From the NCBI RefSeq assembly GCF_032191835.1, contig NC_083225.1:149544001-149608000 (forward strand): a DNA stretch of 64,000 nucleotides. Reading direction: 5' to 3'. Origin of the DNA: Heteronotia binoei (taxonomy: Eukaryota). A model generated the notes under the pieces. That model did no database searches. It saw nothing but the letters and a program-made list of their open reading frames with translations, and was not told the DNA's origin. A program made the translations under genes and the position numbers. Below, piece after piece: positions 53,001 to 64,000 of this stretch (the first letter of the stretch is position 1; each line of letters begins with the position of its first letter).

Positions 53001-56000
53001 TTAATTTTGACTTAAGTTGTTCCTGCAGTGTTAAAGGTCATAAGAGAAACACTAGAGCATCTTCAGCAGATTATTTGCCAGACTCTGTAGACACATGGTA
53101 TATTGTCCTTTTCTAGAACCACATAATTGATCAGCAAAGTGTATTAAAGTCCTCTTAAGAAAAGTACACGTCTGAGGTTAATACAGGCTTGGAGATGGCT
53201 TCATTCTATCTCTGTTACACCTGCAGGTGAAGTTTTTGTTGCCATTATTACTGATATCATTTTAAGATGAACTTGCTTAGGTATCTAGAGTGAAGTTTGA
53301 GCCCAGTGACACCTTTAAGACCAACAAAGTTCTGTTCAAGGTCTAAACTTTTTTTGTGTTAAAACAATTTTTATTGGTAACATATGGCAGTTATATCTAA
53401 TACTAACAAAATATTAATAATTACTTAATGGCTTCCCCATACATTACCCTTTTCCCTTCCCCTCCCCCCCAGTCTTAATTATAAACATTGGTAACATAAG
53501 GTAACAATTTCTATTTCTACATCCTTAATCATTTTTCACCACCATCCCCTATATTACTTTCTAATTACCCTCCCCCCGTTACTTGGCTCCCGCTGATGAT
53601 AATAATTCAAAATAATAATATTTAAAGGTAATCTATTCTAATCAAGAACCAATATTTATACTCTATCTTCTAAAACTTAATCTTAATCATTATCAAAAAC
53701 TAACATTTAAAGATACACTTAACTACTAAAACCAAAAATTAGTATTCTTCTTTCTTCTAAGACTTAATCATTATCAAAAATTGTCCAATGTCCTTTTACT
53801 TTCCACTCTTTTTCTGCATATCTTCTAAATTTTTTCCACTCCATCTTAAAAACCTCCAAATCATAGTCTCTTAAAGTTCTTGTTAATTTGTCCATTTCAC
53901 TCCATGTCATAACTCTAAGGTCTAAGCTTTCATGTGCCAGCACACTTCTGCAGATACATGCTGCACCAAATAAATTACATTAAAAACTGTAAGATCTGTG
54001 AATGGCAATAAATTAGCATGAAATACAAGGATTTGAGGGACGGTGGCTCAGTGGTAGAACATCTGCTTGGTAAGCAGAAGGTCCCAAGTTCAATCCCTGG
54101 CATCTCCAACTAAAAAGGGTCCAGGCAAGTAGGTGTGAAAAACCTCAGCTTGAGACCCTGGAGAGCCGTTGCCATTCTGAGTAGACAATACTGATTTTGA
54201 TGGAACAAGGGTTTGATTCAGTATAAGGCAGCTTCATATGTTCAATTAACAAAAAGACCCTACCAATTATCTTAATCCAATCTCAGCTAGTACCCAGTAC
54301 TTACACATCTTGACTCTACCTGGCCTTTCCTGACAACCAACCCGCCCTCTCTTCTTATTTGTAATGGTTGAGGAAATTCTGTTTCACTGTATCTGAGGAA
54401 GTGCACTTGTACACGAAAGCTTAGAATTTGAATAAAACTTTGTTGGCCTTAAAGGTGTCACTGGACTCAAACCTTGTTCTGCTGCTTCAGTCCAACACCT
54501 GCATCTGTGTTCTAGAGTGCTTAGTTTAAATTGTTGCACAAATACATTAAAAATGATCAGATTCCTTTACACCAATACCGGAGAGTAGCGTTCAGTTTTA
54601 GCTTTAAAAAAGAGATGACAGACAAAGCTTTGATTTCTTGGCTTCATTCCTAGTTGTTGTCTACTTGCACTCGGAAGCCATCTACAAGATGGTCATTACC
54701 AACCCTTGCAGATTTGATGGGAACAAGATTTGCAGAACATGTGGCTGAAATGAAGGATTCCAGCCAAAGAGTCAGTATATTTTCTTCAAGGTTGCAGGTA
54801 CTTCAAAGGAACATTGCTACCTCTTCCTGATTTATTTCTTCCAGAAATGTCACTCTTGTCTTGTAAACTTGATCACATCATTTAAGCTTCCAAATCATTG
54901 ACTACAAATTGGTCATTTTAAAAAATTTTCCTGGTTTAAATTTAAAATACCAGTTTGCTCTCCCTTCCCAAGCATCATAAATATCACTGGTCTTGGTTTC
55001 ATAGTTACTGGAACAAATCTAAAGATTCAATCCAAAGCAGTGCAAACAGGATACAATGAAGGACTGCCTCCTCCCACGTTGTCCAGTCCACCAGTTAAGA
55101 TCGGCCAGAAACAGGTCTGTGGGAGCTAAGAGGGCACCAGTGAGGATTGTAACTTGGTGTAAGAGTGAGGCTCCAGACAGAAATTTCTTGTTCACATTTG
55201 ACTGTGTCTGGAAAGCCCTTGGAAGAAAGGCCAAGTGAACCCTCATTACTCACTGGCAAGTACATAAGGCCTTTGGGACTAGGGATGGCTGGCATCCCTG
55301 GAAGCTTTCAGGGCATAACGTCAACCCTCTGAAAGCTCCATGGTATTACTGCAGGTTTCCAGAGTGTTGGCTGTCTTTGCGGCTGAGTTTTCACCAGGAT
55401 TTGACATCATGTTGCTCTACATCATGTCTGCCTCCCCCCCACACACACACTATTTTTCCCACTGTCCTGGGTGCAAGGGCAGAAGGAGGGCCAGGCTGTC
55501 CAGAGATCATTCACCAGAACCAGGCAGATGGCATGCCTGTTTGGAACCCAGTTGTTTCCCACCCTACTTTAGATGAAGCTTCTCTATTTATTTAACCACA
55601 TTAAAATTTTGGTGCTAGTGCACCCATTGGGGTTGAGAAAGAAGTTGCCAGCCCTGAAGCGATCTTTTTCCTTGGAAATCAAGATTTAGAATATGCTACT
55701 GATCTACGTGCTGTCACACCAAACAGAATTGGAACTTCTACAGATTTTATCATCTTGTACTGCAAAAACTTGGCAACTCACTTGTTGCTTTCCATTCCCT
55801 TACAGGTTTGTCTTGCTTGCCATAATGAGTTGTTTATATGGCCTTACATTTGTCATCTTTGTAGCAGGTAAGCTGATTTGAAGCTCTTTTTTATGATTGG
55901 ATGAAACAGGTTTTCCTGTAGTTCACACTAATATAATATTCTATCAAGCCTTATACCCATTCCAGTCAAGATGGGAGCGAATATAATGTTTGAACTCTAT

Positions 56001-59000
56001 GACTAATCATAAAGATAAAGCACCAGTCGTTTCCATCTCCAGGGTGATGTTGCTTCACAGCGTTTTCATGGTAGACTTTTTGCAGGGTAGTTTGCCATTG
56101 TCTTCCCCAGTCATCTTCACTTTTCCTCCAGCAAGCTGGGTACTCATTTTACTGAGCTCCGGAAGGCTGAGTCAACCTTGAGCTGGCTACCTGAACCTAG
56201 CTTCCGCTGGCATCAAACTCAGGTCATGATCAAAAAGCTTGGACTGCAATACTGCAGCTTTACCACTCTGCACCATGAGACTGCACCATAAATTAGCTGT
56301 GGAAGACTCTTCACTTGATCTTCTACTAACTGGCCTTTAAATGCTATTGTAGCTATTACGTGTCCACCACATGGAAGTCTTCAGTGAACATATGAAGCCA
56401 CTGTAAAATCACATCACACCATCAGCCCTTCCACCTTGTCCTTATCTGTTCTGATTTGCAGCAGATCTCCAGGATCTCTGGCAGAGAGAGGACTTTCCAG
56501 TTACTTGAGATTTAGTTTATTTCCCAGGATCTTTGGGGTGTGCTTTGCTAAACAGACCTTCCCAGAGAAAGTAAAACACCCCAAAATGTATACTGCCTAA
56601 AAATGGGTGATCTTCTGCTTTCAGTTTTTTATTAACATTCATGGACAATTCTCTGTTGACATGCACTTATTGCTAATACTTGCTTTGCAGCTCGCCTGCT
56701 TGTAAGCATGAATGTTGTTGGAGTATACACAGGGATATTGGGGGGTGGGGCAGGATTCTAGGAGCCTGTTCTGTTTTCTCAGATCTCAGTCCACTCCAAA
56801 GGATTTCTGTACGAGTGGCATCCTAGCACGTACTGAGACAGATCACAACCTTATGCCCTCCACCCCACTCATGCTCCCATTCCATATTACCACAACTATT
56901 GACTGGCTGCACCTTTTTTATGTAAAGGGTCAGAATTGTTCACTGTTGCTTTCTCAGTGGATACTGTTACATGTCCACAGGAGTTCATAAAATCAGTGCC
57001 AGACTTCAGTGTCAACACCACTTCCAAAAATCAGCAATCCACAATTGCAGTATTAAAGTCCTGAAGGTGTAGGGTATATTTTAACGCCCCCCCCCCAATA
57101 GCTGTTTTGACTCAGATGGCTAGCCTTTCTACAATGAAGCCCAAGTCATTTCAGACAGATGTCCTAACCACAGGTTTGTTGACCTGAAACTGTCAAGGCC
57201 TGGGGCCTTCCTAAATGTAGGGCTCAAATAATTTTTTCATTGGATATACGAACATTAACTTTTATGTTGAAAGACTGGGAATTGATTCTGCCCTCTAGGC
57301 TCTGACAAGTGCTTGCTGGAGCTGTTGGGCAATTCTCTTCTACCATTTGAGCAGGGCTTTTTTGGTAGAAAAAGCCCAGCAGGAACTCATTTGCATATTA
57401 GGCCACACCCCTGATATCACCATTGTTTCACACAGGGCTTTTTGGTAGAAAAAGCCCAGCAGATGCTCGTTTACATATTAGGCCACACCGCCTGAGGCCA
57501 TGCCAGCTGGAATTGTGTTCCTGTGCGTTCCTGCTCAAAAAAAGCCTTGCATTTGAGAAATATGAGCATTTTCTTGCCATTGCCCCAATTCAAGCCTTTA
57601 ATGGTAACATGTGAAATAACTGTGCTGCAAACCCACAACAATATATAAAGAAACTGTGAGAACCAGTGCTTGTTTTACTCGTTAGTATCATGGCAACTAA
57701 GTGTCTTATGTCTTTCATTTTAGAGTGAACTGTAAGGATTGCTGTGTGAAGGTATGTTTTCCTCTTTCAATAGGTTATTGATCCATGAAAGGTCCTCTCC
57801 TCTTGTTCCAAGACTACTAACCTTTGTGGGAACCTTTTGAAGAATTTTGTTTAAATACTTTTTAAGAACATAAGAGAAGCCATGTTGGATCAGGCCAATG
57901 GCCCATCCAGTCCAACACTGTGTCACACAGTGGCCAAAAGACCCAAGTGCCATTAAGAGGTCCACCATTGGGGCTAGAAGCCCTTCCACTGTGCCACCCC
58001 CCCCCGCCAAGCACAAGAATACAGAGCATCACTGCCCCAGACAGAGTTCCAACAATAAGCTGTGGCTAATAGCCACTGAGGGACCTCTGCTCCATATGCT
58101 TATCCATTCCCCTCTTGAAGCTCTCTGTACTTGTAGCCACCACCACCTCCTGTGGCAGTGAGTTTGTATCTGAACTTCCAAAAAGCTCCTGCTCTGAGTA
58201 GCATGCTGCCTGGCTTCCAATATATTTAAAAGCTTGTTTTAAAAAATTAGCAATTTATCCCCAAATTCATTCTTGACATACCATGTTGCAGAGTTACATT
58301 TGGTGCAGCAGTCCCTTGTTTTGTTTGAGGGTTTGCGTGCAGTTGCCCTGAATCCTGCAATCTTTCTAAATACAGCCTGGTTGTATGCATGCATATGATA
58401 AACAATTGATACAGATGTCCAGAGATGACCATGCTGTGGGCCCAGTCAGGATCTGGTCCATGTTTCATTTTTAAATTACTTCATTAGGATTTAAAAATGG
58501 CAGCAGCATCAACAGGTCAGACCTGTGAACGCTGTCACATCTAGTTTGCCCCTCACTAGCATAACAGACAGGTGCCATTTGGAAAACCTTAATATGTGTT
58601 GTGTGGATTGCCACACTGACTTATAGCCAGTATATGAAATTCCCACATCATAATACAAATTAAGTTAACGTCTCCTTGAAGAAGGTTTCAGCATCCTGAG
58701 TGAGGGTAATGCAAAGGATGTGATGGGTGTACAAAGACTGCATGACTGTTTTCTATAGTTGGTAAAAGTAGTCCTCTGTGTAAGCACCAGTCGTTGCTGG
58801 CCCAAGGGGTGATGTCACATCAGGACATTTTCTTGGTAGACTTTTTAACGGTGGTTTGCGAGTGCCTTCCCCAATAATCTACACTTTACCTCCAGCAAGC
58901 TGGGTACTCATTTTACTGATCTCGGAAGGATGGAAGGCTGAGTCAATCCTGAGCTGCCTACCTGAACCTAGCTTCTGCTGGGATCGAACTGAGGTCGTGA

Positions 59001-60434
59001 GCAGAGCTTGGACTGCAATATCACAGCCTACCACTCTGCACCATGGGGCTCCTTCTATAGTTGGTACTGTTCACTAAATGCCATGACATTCTTCTCTTAG
59101 GTGACGATGCCAGTCAGGCCCTGCATACGCCTTCCACTTAACTTTTTCAAAATCATAAGATTCAGCAAAGAAGATCTGGCCCTACAAGGTCAGAAAACTC
59201 CACAGCTGTTATATGAAATAGAACACTGGGATTGTTCAAGGTAGGAGTTCAAAAGCCTACATCACTATGTATCCATAGGGCAAAATGCTAACTGCACTAA
59301 ATACTCTGTGTGTGTTCAAAAAATGGGATCTGACTCTTAGGTGGAATAGAGAAAATCAAAGAAACTGTGGCTATGAATTTGTATCTTGAAAATAATCCTT
59401 CAGAAGTAGACTAATTTATAGATGCCAGTTCAGAGAGCCACATTTAGGAGCAAATAATATATGCCACTAGAACTACATTCTGACTCAACTTTAGCTCTTC
59501 AGAATCCCACTTCATTTCCCAAGATGCTATTAATAACAAATGAGCATTATAGTCTTTCTCCTTAGAAAAAAAACGGCATCAAACAGTTAAAAGGGGAAAC
59601 AAGAATTGTATATAGGCTACCACCATCTTTGGCTCCTTCTTGCATTCATATCCTGCACCTGCAGCCTTTTACTGTGATGAAAATCATCATGTGGTCAAGG
59701 TCTCCCTTAGAACCCTGTGAATGGTGTTCAATACCCACTTCTAAATGCAGGTGGGTATAGTGCCTTTGGAGTAGCAGATCTCACTGCAGTCCAAAACAGG
59801 CTGTCAAATTGTCACTTGCTTGGTTCTTCTGGGTCAGTAAGGACTTCCATTTAATTTTGCTACTGCAAACTAACATGGCTATCCATCTGGAATTATTATC
59901 AGGGATTTATCTGTTCCACTTGTTATAAGAGACACCTGCATGTTTCATAAACTGCAGCAGGTAAAGGATACAGTCTCTATAATTAGCCTGTAAGTTTCCA
60001 GAATGCCATTGTGTTGAGAACAGAAGTCACACACACAAAAAAATATGAATTAGCAATATTTCTAGTAAATGAAGGCCTACCAAGGCAGCCTTTAAAAATA
60101 TTAAGGGAATAGTTTGTAAAGAAGTCCCAGGGAATTAGTTCTATACAGCCACTGCCTTATAGACCCTTTCTGACACTAGAGGGGAATGGATCCAGGGCTG
60201 TTAGAAAAGACTGAAAATAAATTCTTCCTTTTTGTAACTTCTAGAGTACCTCTGGTGCTTGAACCTCATTGCTTAACACCGCCCCTTGCATCTCGCACTA
60301 GAAGCATGATGAACTGGCCATCTCTGGACATCTGTATCAAATGTGAACAACACCTTCTGGAGATCCTCTCCCGTCAGGTTCAGCAGAAGAGTACTTGTAA
60401 GAAGAGATCCTTGTCGTGGACTGAATGGGAATAA
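41411..60434 (+). CDS. Divergent Spire-family actin nucleator (KIND + 3 WH2 + Spir-box + FYVE-type); join(41411..41678,43331..43374,44698..44862,45646..45771,45940..45996,48047..48208,49988..50117,52238..52368,54654..54797,55806..55867,57724..57751,59101..59240,60245..60434), about 548 aa
   Basis: Thirteen GT-AG exons join into one open frame of 1647 nt. KIND: [59 protein letters not shown]2: [56 protein letters not shown]. Spir-box-like: [22 protein letters not shown]-type Cys pairs: CLAC, CHLC, CKDCC, CIKC. The linker exons between 50118 and 54653 are less certain, and an upstream coding exon is not excluded. Confidence 0.88.
42285..42991. mobile_element. hAT-type MITE with a nested Sauria/Squam1-type SINE (about 42361-42660, +)
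   Basis: Termini taggcttgtca...tggcaacccta; TSD aggaacag/agggacag. The SINE has head ggagccccgtggcgcagagtg, B-box gagttcgatcccc and the ggggaaggcaatggcaaaccacc segment. Confidence 0.8.
46877..47759 (-). mobile_element. Young 5'-truncated CR1 with an uninterrupted RT C-terminal ORF, antisense in Spire-like intron 5
   Basis: ORF 47033-47776 without stops ([32 protein letters not shown]); TSD catgtag at 46870-46876 and 47760-47766; (TTCTTATG)n tail. Confidence 0.95.
46958..47027. repeat. (TA)n(CA)n microsatellite inside the CR1 3' UTR
   Basis: Directly visible dinucleotide runs. Confidence 0.95.
50212..51270 (-). mobile_element. L2-clade LINE, 5'-truncated at the YADD motif, open ORF, (TTACA)n tail
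   Basis: ORF 50386-51291 with [38 protein letters not shown] and LHWLPI; (gtaat)n on plus at about 50210-50228. Confidence 0.92.
53352..53916 (-). mobile_element. 5'-truncated L1 3' fragment (same family as 20296-22728) inserted into a Penelope-like repeat
   Basis: Shares ttaatcattatcaaaaattgtccaatgtcctttta with 20513-20550; TSD aaggtctaaRcttt at 53338-53351 and 53917-53930. Confidence 0.85.
54035..54245 (+). mobile_element. tRNA-derived SINE (Squam3-like)
   Basis: A-box tggctcagtgg, B-box gttcaatcc, then a non-tRNA body ending cagcttcatatgttca. Confidence 0.8.
56035..56278 (-). mobile_element. Sauria/Squam1-type SINE (another copy at about 58815-59052, -)
   Basis: gcaagctgggtactcattttactga...gctgagtcaacc is the reverse complement of the 42361 copy. 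Confidence 0.8.
57352..57546. mobile_element. hAT MITE (CAGGGCTTTTT family) with internal duplication
   Basis: cagggctttttttggtagaaaaagcccagcag occurs twice; reverse-oriented relative of 39021-39214. Confidence 0.75.
57865..58160 (-). mobile_element. CR1 3' fragment (TTCTTATG-tailed family)
   Basis: aagaacataagagaagccatgttggatcaggccaatggcccatcc. Confidence 0.8.
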
Positions 60435-60711
60435 TATTCCCCCTGCTCATTTGGAGGAAGACAAATGTGGATTGGTTCCATAAAGACCTAGACAGAAGAA
60501 CCCTCCTGCTAGTTCTCTGTAATTTTGAAGGGCCAGATACTGTTATCTGCACTTGGGAAGTTGCACTTAAAAAGAAAGTTATTTCAGAGAATTGGATCAC
60601 ATGGCATAAACAAACACTGAAGCACTTTCATAAGCCAGGCCGAACCCTCTCTCCCTTTTGCCACCTCTGAAGCCAGCACTTCAAGCACGCCACATTGAAG
60701 CTCACTGAATG

Positions 60712-61126
60712 ATTAAAACTATGTGCTTAGCACAAAGTCATAATGTAGGCTCTGAACGGGGTGGGGGGGTGACATCCTATTCCCCAGATATGGAGTGACA
60801 ACACTCTCCAGTATTCATGTACCTGGAAGGAAATAGATAACCACACCACTAAGCCCTCTCACTTTTACACACCTCCTGAGTATTCCATGGAAAGTCATCT
60901 GAGAAGAGCTGTAGATCGCCCTCTAAAAATTCTTTAGGATATTCTTTTGTGCTCTTTGCTCTCCTCTCCCAATGTGCTGATCCTTGTCTGGCAACATATG
61001 TAACTATATAAATTAGGGGGGTTGTTTTGATTTCTGAGTCTTAAGCAGGATTTGTTTTCCCTACTGTTGAGAATTTAAAAACCATTTTGATATTTCTGAA
61101 AAGATGGATGTGAAGAATGAAATAAA
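60712..61126 (+). terminator. Candidate polyadenylation signals of the Spire-like gene (ATTAAA 60712, AATAAA 61121)
   Basis: Hexamers about 280 and 690 nt downstream of the TAA at 60432-60434. Confidence 0.35.
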
Positions 61127-64000
61127 AGAGCATTTTGGTGAAACTGTCATGAAGAGGCCAAAAGGTTTGAAAAGCAAAGTGAAATTGTGGGCCATAGTAA
61201 TCAGAGAAGGTTAAGAATTTCAAAACTAAAACTATTTCATCCTTTTAGACCTGCCATATTGTATGGCCTGCTAGTGTAACGTTTAGTTGTATGTCAGCAT
61301 CCTTGTTTGCATTTCCTTCTCAAAAGCTTCATTGTTTCATTTCACTTCCATTGATTTCAGTGCTGCTCTAATCAGGGCAAGTACAGTTGTGGCTCACCCA
61401 GTAGGCATATCTAGGCAATTGCCTAGGGTCCCAGTCAGTGCCTGAGATGGAGAGGCACCAAGTCAGGCAGCAAGTAGCAGTCCCAGGTGTGGTTGCACCA
61501 TGGGGTTCAGGCAGGCGCAGCTCTCTCACCTCACCCCAAGGTTCCCTTGATGCCAGGCAAGGCTGGGACAACTGTTGGGAGACTTCTGAGGGGAGGGCCT
61601 CCTGAGTGCCCTGCAGCTGTGCTCACTTGGTCGGGGGGTGGTTGGTATTGGTTGGTGAACACCGAGGAGGAAGAGTATTTGGCGGAATGTGTATCCGCTC
61701 AGGCTGTAGTCTGGCTTTGCTCTCCACTCTAGCAGCATCCAGAGAAACAACCTGCTCCCAGCCACAGGATCCAGCAGAACTTGGCAGAAGCACTCCAGCA
61801 TGCTTTCTCACTCCTTCACTCACCTGCAAGCCAACTACTGCTTCGCTTGGGCACTGGATGCCTATAGACCAGCCAGGCACTTCATCCCCCTCTTGGCAGC
61901 TGACACAGGTGCAGCCTTGTCAGCTGTGGATGACATCAGCCTGTGACAGACCACCTTGCGTGGTGGGCCTGGCTGAGGCTCCACTTGCGGGGAGGGACAA
62001 CACACTTCTTGAGGTCCCTTGGTTTGTCACCCTTAGTCTCTGAGACAGCACTGGCACCTACAGCAGTGCGTTCATCTTTTGCATGGAAGCAAATCTCACT
62101 GAATTGCACTGGACTTATCCCCCACATAAGAGGAAGAGATTTGCAGCCTGGGTTTTTCATGACAGCTACTCAGCCAACTTCTTTCTTCCCCATCTTGAGA
62201 GGAAAGGGCTAGGGAGAGCAAGCACAAGAGGGTGGTCTGAATGTGGGTACCTTTCCTGTAGCACAGGGAAGGGCATAGTTTCATCGAGGGTGCCGAAATC
62301 TCTTTGGCCAGCCCTGATTGCTCTTCGCAAGCATTGTAAGGTGATAGATGATCCTTGAACCAGCAATCATGGATGAAAAAGCAGTTGCAATAAACCTATT
62401 AGAACAATTCTTTATTGTAAGATTTACTTTACAGTCAGTGAAGCATCTATAACACGCTAAACTTTCGTGATTTCCTCCCAACTCCTGATGTCCTGAAAGT
62501 CTCTAATTGGATTGTAAGGCAAGGGAGAAAATATACAATGCAACGTTTGATTTGCTCATTACTAATTGAGTCTACTTTTGGCACTCTTAACAGCTTGTTT
62601 TGATTTACAAAGTTCTATTGTTTGGACGTAAATGCTCATTGCTAGTTGTGGTGACCTTCTGACTGGCTTGGGCAGGGCAAGAAGCTACAAGTTTCCCTTT
62701 CCAAACTAGGAAAACATCCCTATCTGGCAAGGTGGGAGAGTTACATTTGAATACTGAAAATACAAGTTGGAAATGCTTTGTGAAGGACTGAAACTTGCAA
62801 CCCTGCAGAGTTTTCTTCTAGGGTCCAAAATTGCGGAATGTTTTTCATGATCCTAAAAAACATCTTTCCTCCTTGTCCCATGTCTGATAACCTGAAAAAA
62901 ATGTGGAAAACAGATTGGTGAATACTGAAGATCAAGGGTCATTGTAGAAAAACAGGTGGCGAAGCTCATCCAGGGATTCTTATGCAGCTGCACCTACTAT
63001 TCAATGGACAAGGTGGGAAGGAGGAGGGGGAACCCTCAGAAAGGTTCAGGAGCTGCACTCCTGTGAGCTCCTACTGAATCCAAGGCCTGCTGAAGAAGCA
63101 CATGCAGAGAAGCAGCTGCAAGTCTGGCATCTTGCTCTATAGGACCAATGGACATGGCAAAACTACTGGGGAAAGTCATATTTGACACACTAACCAAGAG
63201 GGTGCTCTGTGTGGTGTGTGTGTGTGTGTATGTATATGTATATCTATATATAAAAGAGACTGTATAGCAATAGCATAATTTGTCCCATCAGCAGTGACAT
63301 CCCACAATGTCAGGCAGAGAGCACCGATTGCCTGAGATTGTTTTAACTTGATTGAACTTGCCATACCAGAGGTGGTGGTAGTAAGGGTGGATGAGTCATC
63401 CTGGCCAACCCAAGATGAGGCACATGCTGCTGCTCTCCCAGGTCCACCCAGAGCAGAGGGCTCTGGTGCTTTCTCTGCACCCAAGTCTTGGAATCTGCTG
63501 ACATGGCCAGGGTGGGAGGGGCTTGGTGGTAGCTCAATAGCTTAAGCTGGCTTGAACCTGGTGATACTGCCCTGTAAGGGTCAATACTATGAATGAAAAA
63601 GTGAAATGATATTTCTGGCAGCCACAGGCCTCATCCTCAGCAAACTTTCCACATAAATAACTTGGAGAGCCTGCAGTTGTAAGCACTCATGTGTCATGGT
63701 TTTCATGAGGTATGGGGATGTGTTGCCCACAGCCCATTTCATCGGGGCCCTGGGCAATTAATGTTATTTTCTATATATCCTAAGGGAAGAGACTGTCTGT
63801 CACTGTCCTTTTGAGCCTTGTTTACTCATTACTATTCATCACCTGGTTGCAGTCTATTGCTGTGGAACATGAAGTTTCTGTCAGCTGTTGTCCACATCTG
63901 GGGTTGCCCCAGGGTTGGCTGAAATCTTCCTGCTGTCCAAGGCAGTGATGTGGCACAAAAGGGGGTATACTGCTAAGATGGCTCTTCACTTTTCAAGGTG

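Noticed and set aside
54035-54110. tRNA-like sequence with A and B boxes
   Set aside because: No complete cloverleaf, and it continues into a SINE body, so it is a SINE head rather than a tRNA gene.
55056-55238. 60-aa ORF inside the Spire-like gene as a possible exon
   Set aside because: No Spire similarity or compatible splice sites; HQLRSA resembles a decayed L2-type fragment.
63176-63545. Overlapping ORFs near the window end as a possible neighbouring gene such as BOC
   Set aside because: No similarity to BOC or any family I recognise, and no convincing splice sites.

Overview
Vertebrate genomic DNA, most likely a squamate and probably a gecko (inferred from the repeat content: CR1, L2, L1, Penelope-like fragments, Sauria/Squam-type SINEs, hAT MITEs). 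Four intron-containing genes were reconstructed by hand with GT-AG sites and consistent phases: GTPBP8 (-, 6 exons, 287 aa), TAF13 (+, 4 exons, 124 aa), NEPRO/C3orf17 (-, 9 exons, 526 aa) and a highly divergent Spire-family actin-nucleator gene (+, 13 exons, about 548 aa). They form two head-to-head pairs: GTPBP8/TAF13 and NEPRO/Spire-like. The Spire-like gene is the main discovery candidate. It has a KIND domain, only three recognisable WH2 repeats (the WH2-C exon appears absent), a degenerate Spir-box and a complete FYVE-type Cys set. It lies next to NEPRO, and its divergence argues against it being SPIRE1 or SPIRE2. Also notable: an approximately 1.6 kb direct duplication flanking the NEPRO/Spire-like promoter, and two TSD-bounded L1 derivatives that lack reverse transcriptase. 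All homology calls come from remembered protein sequences, not database searches. There is no CRISPR array, rRNA or true tRNA.
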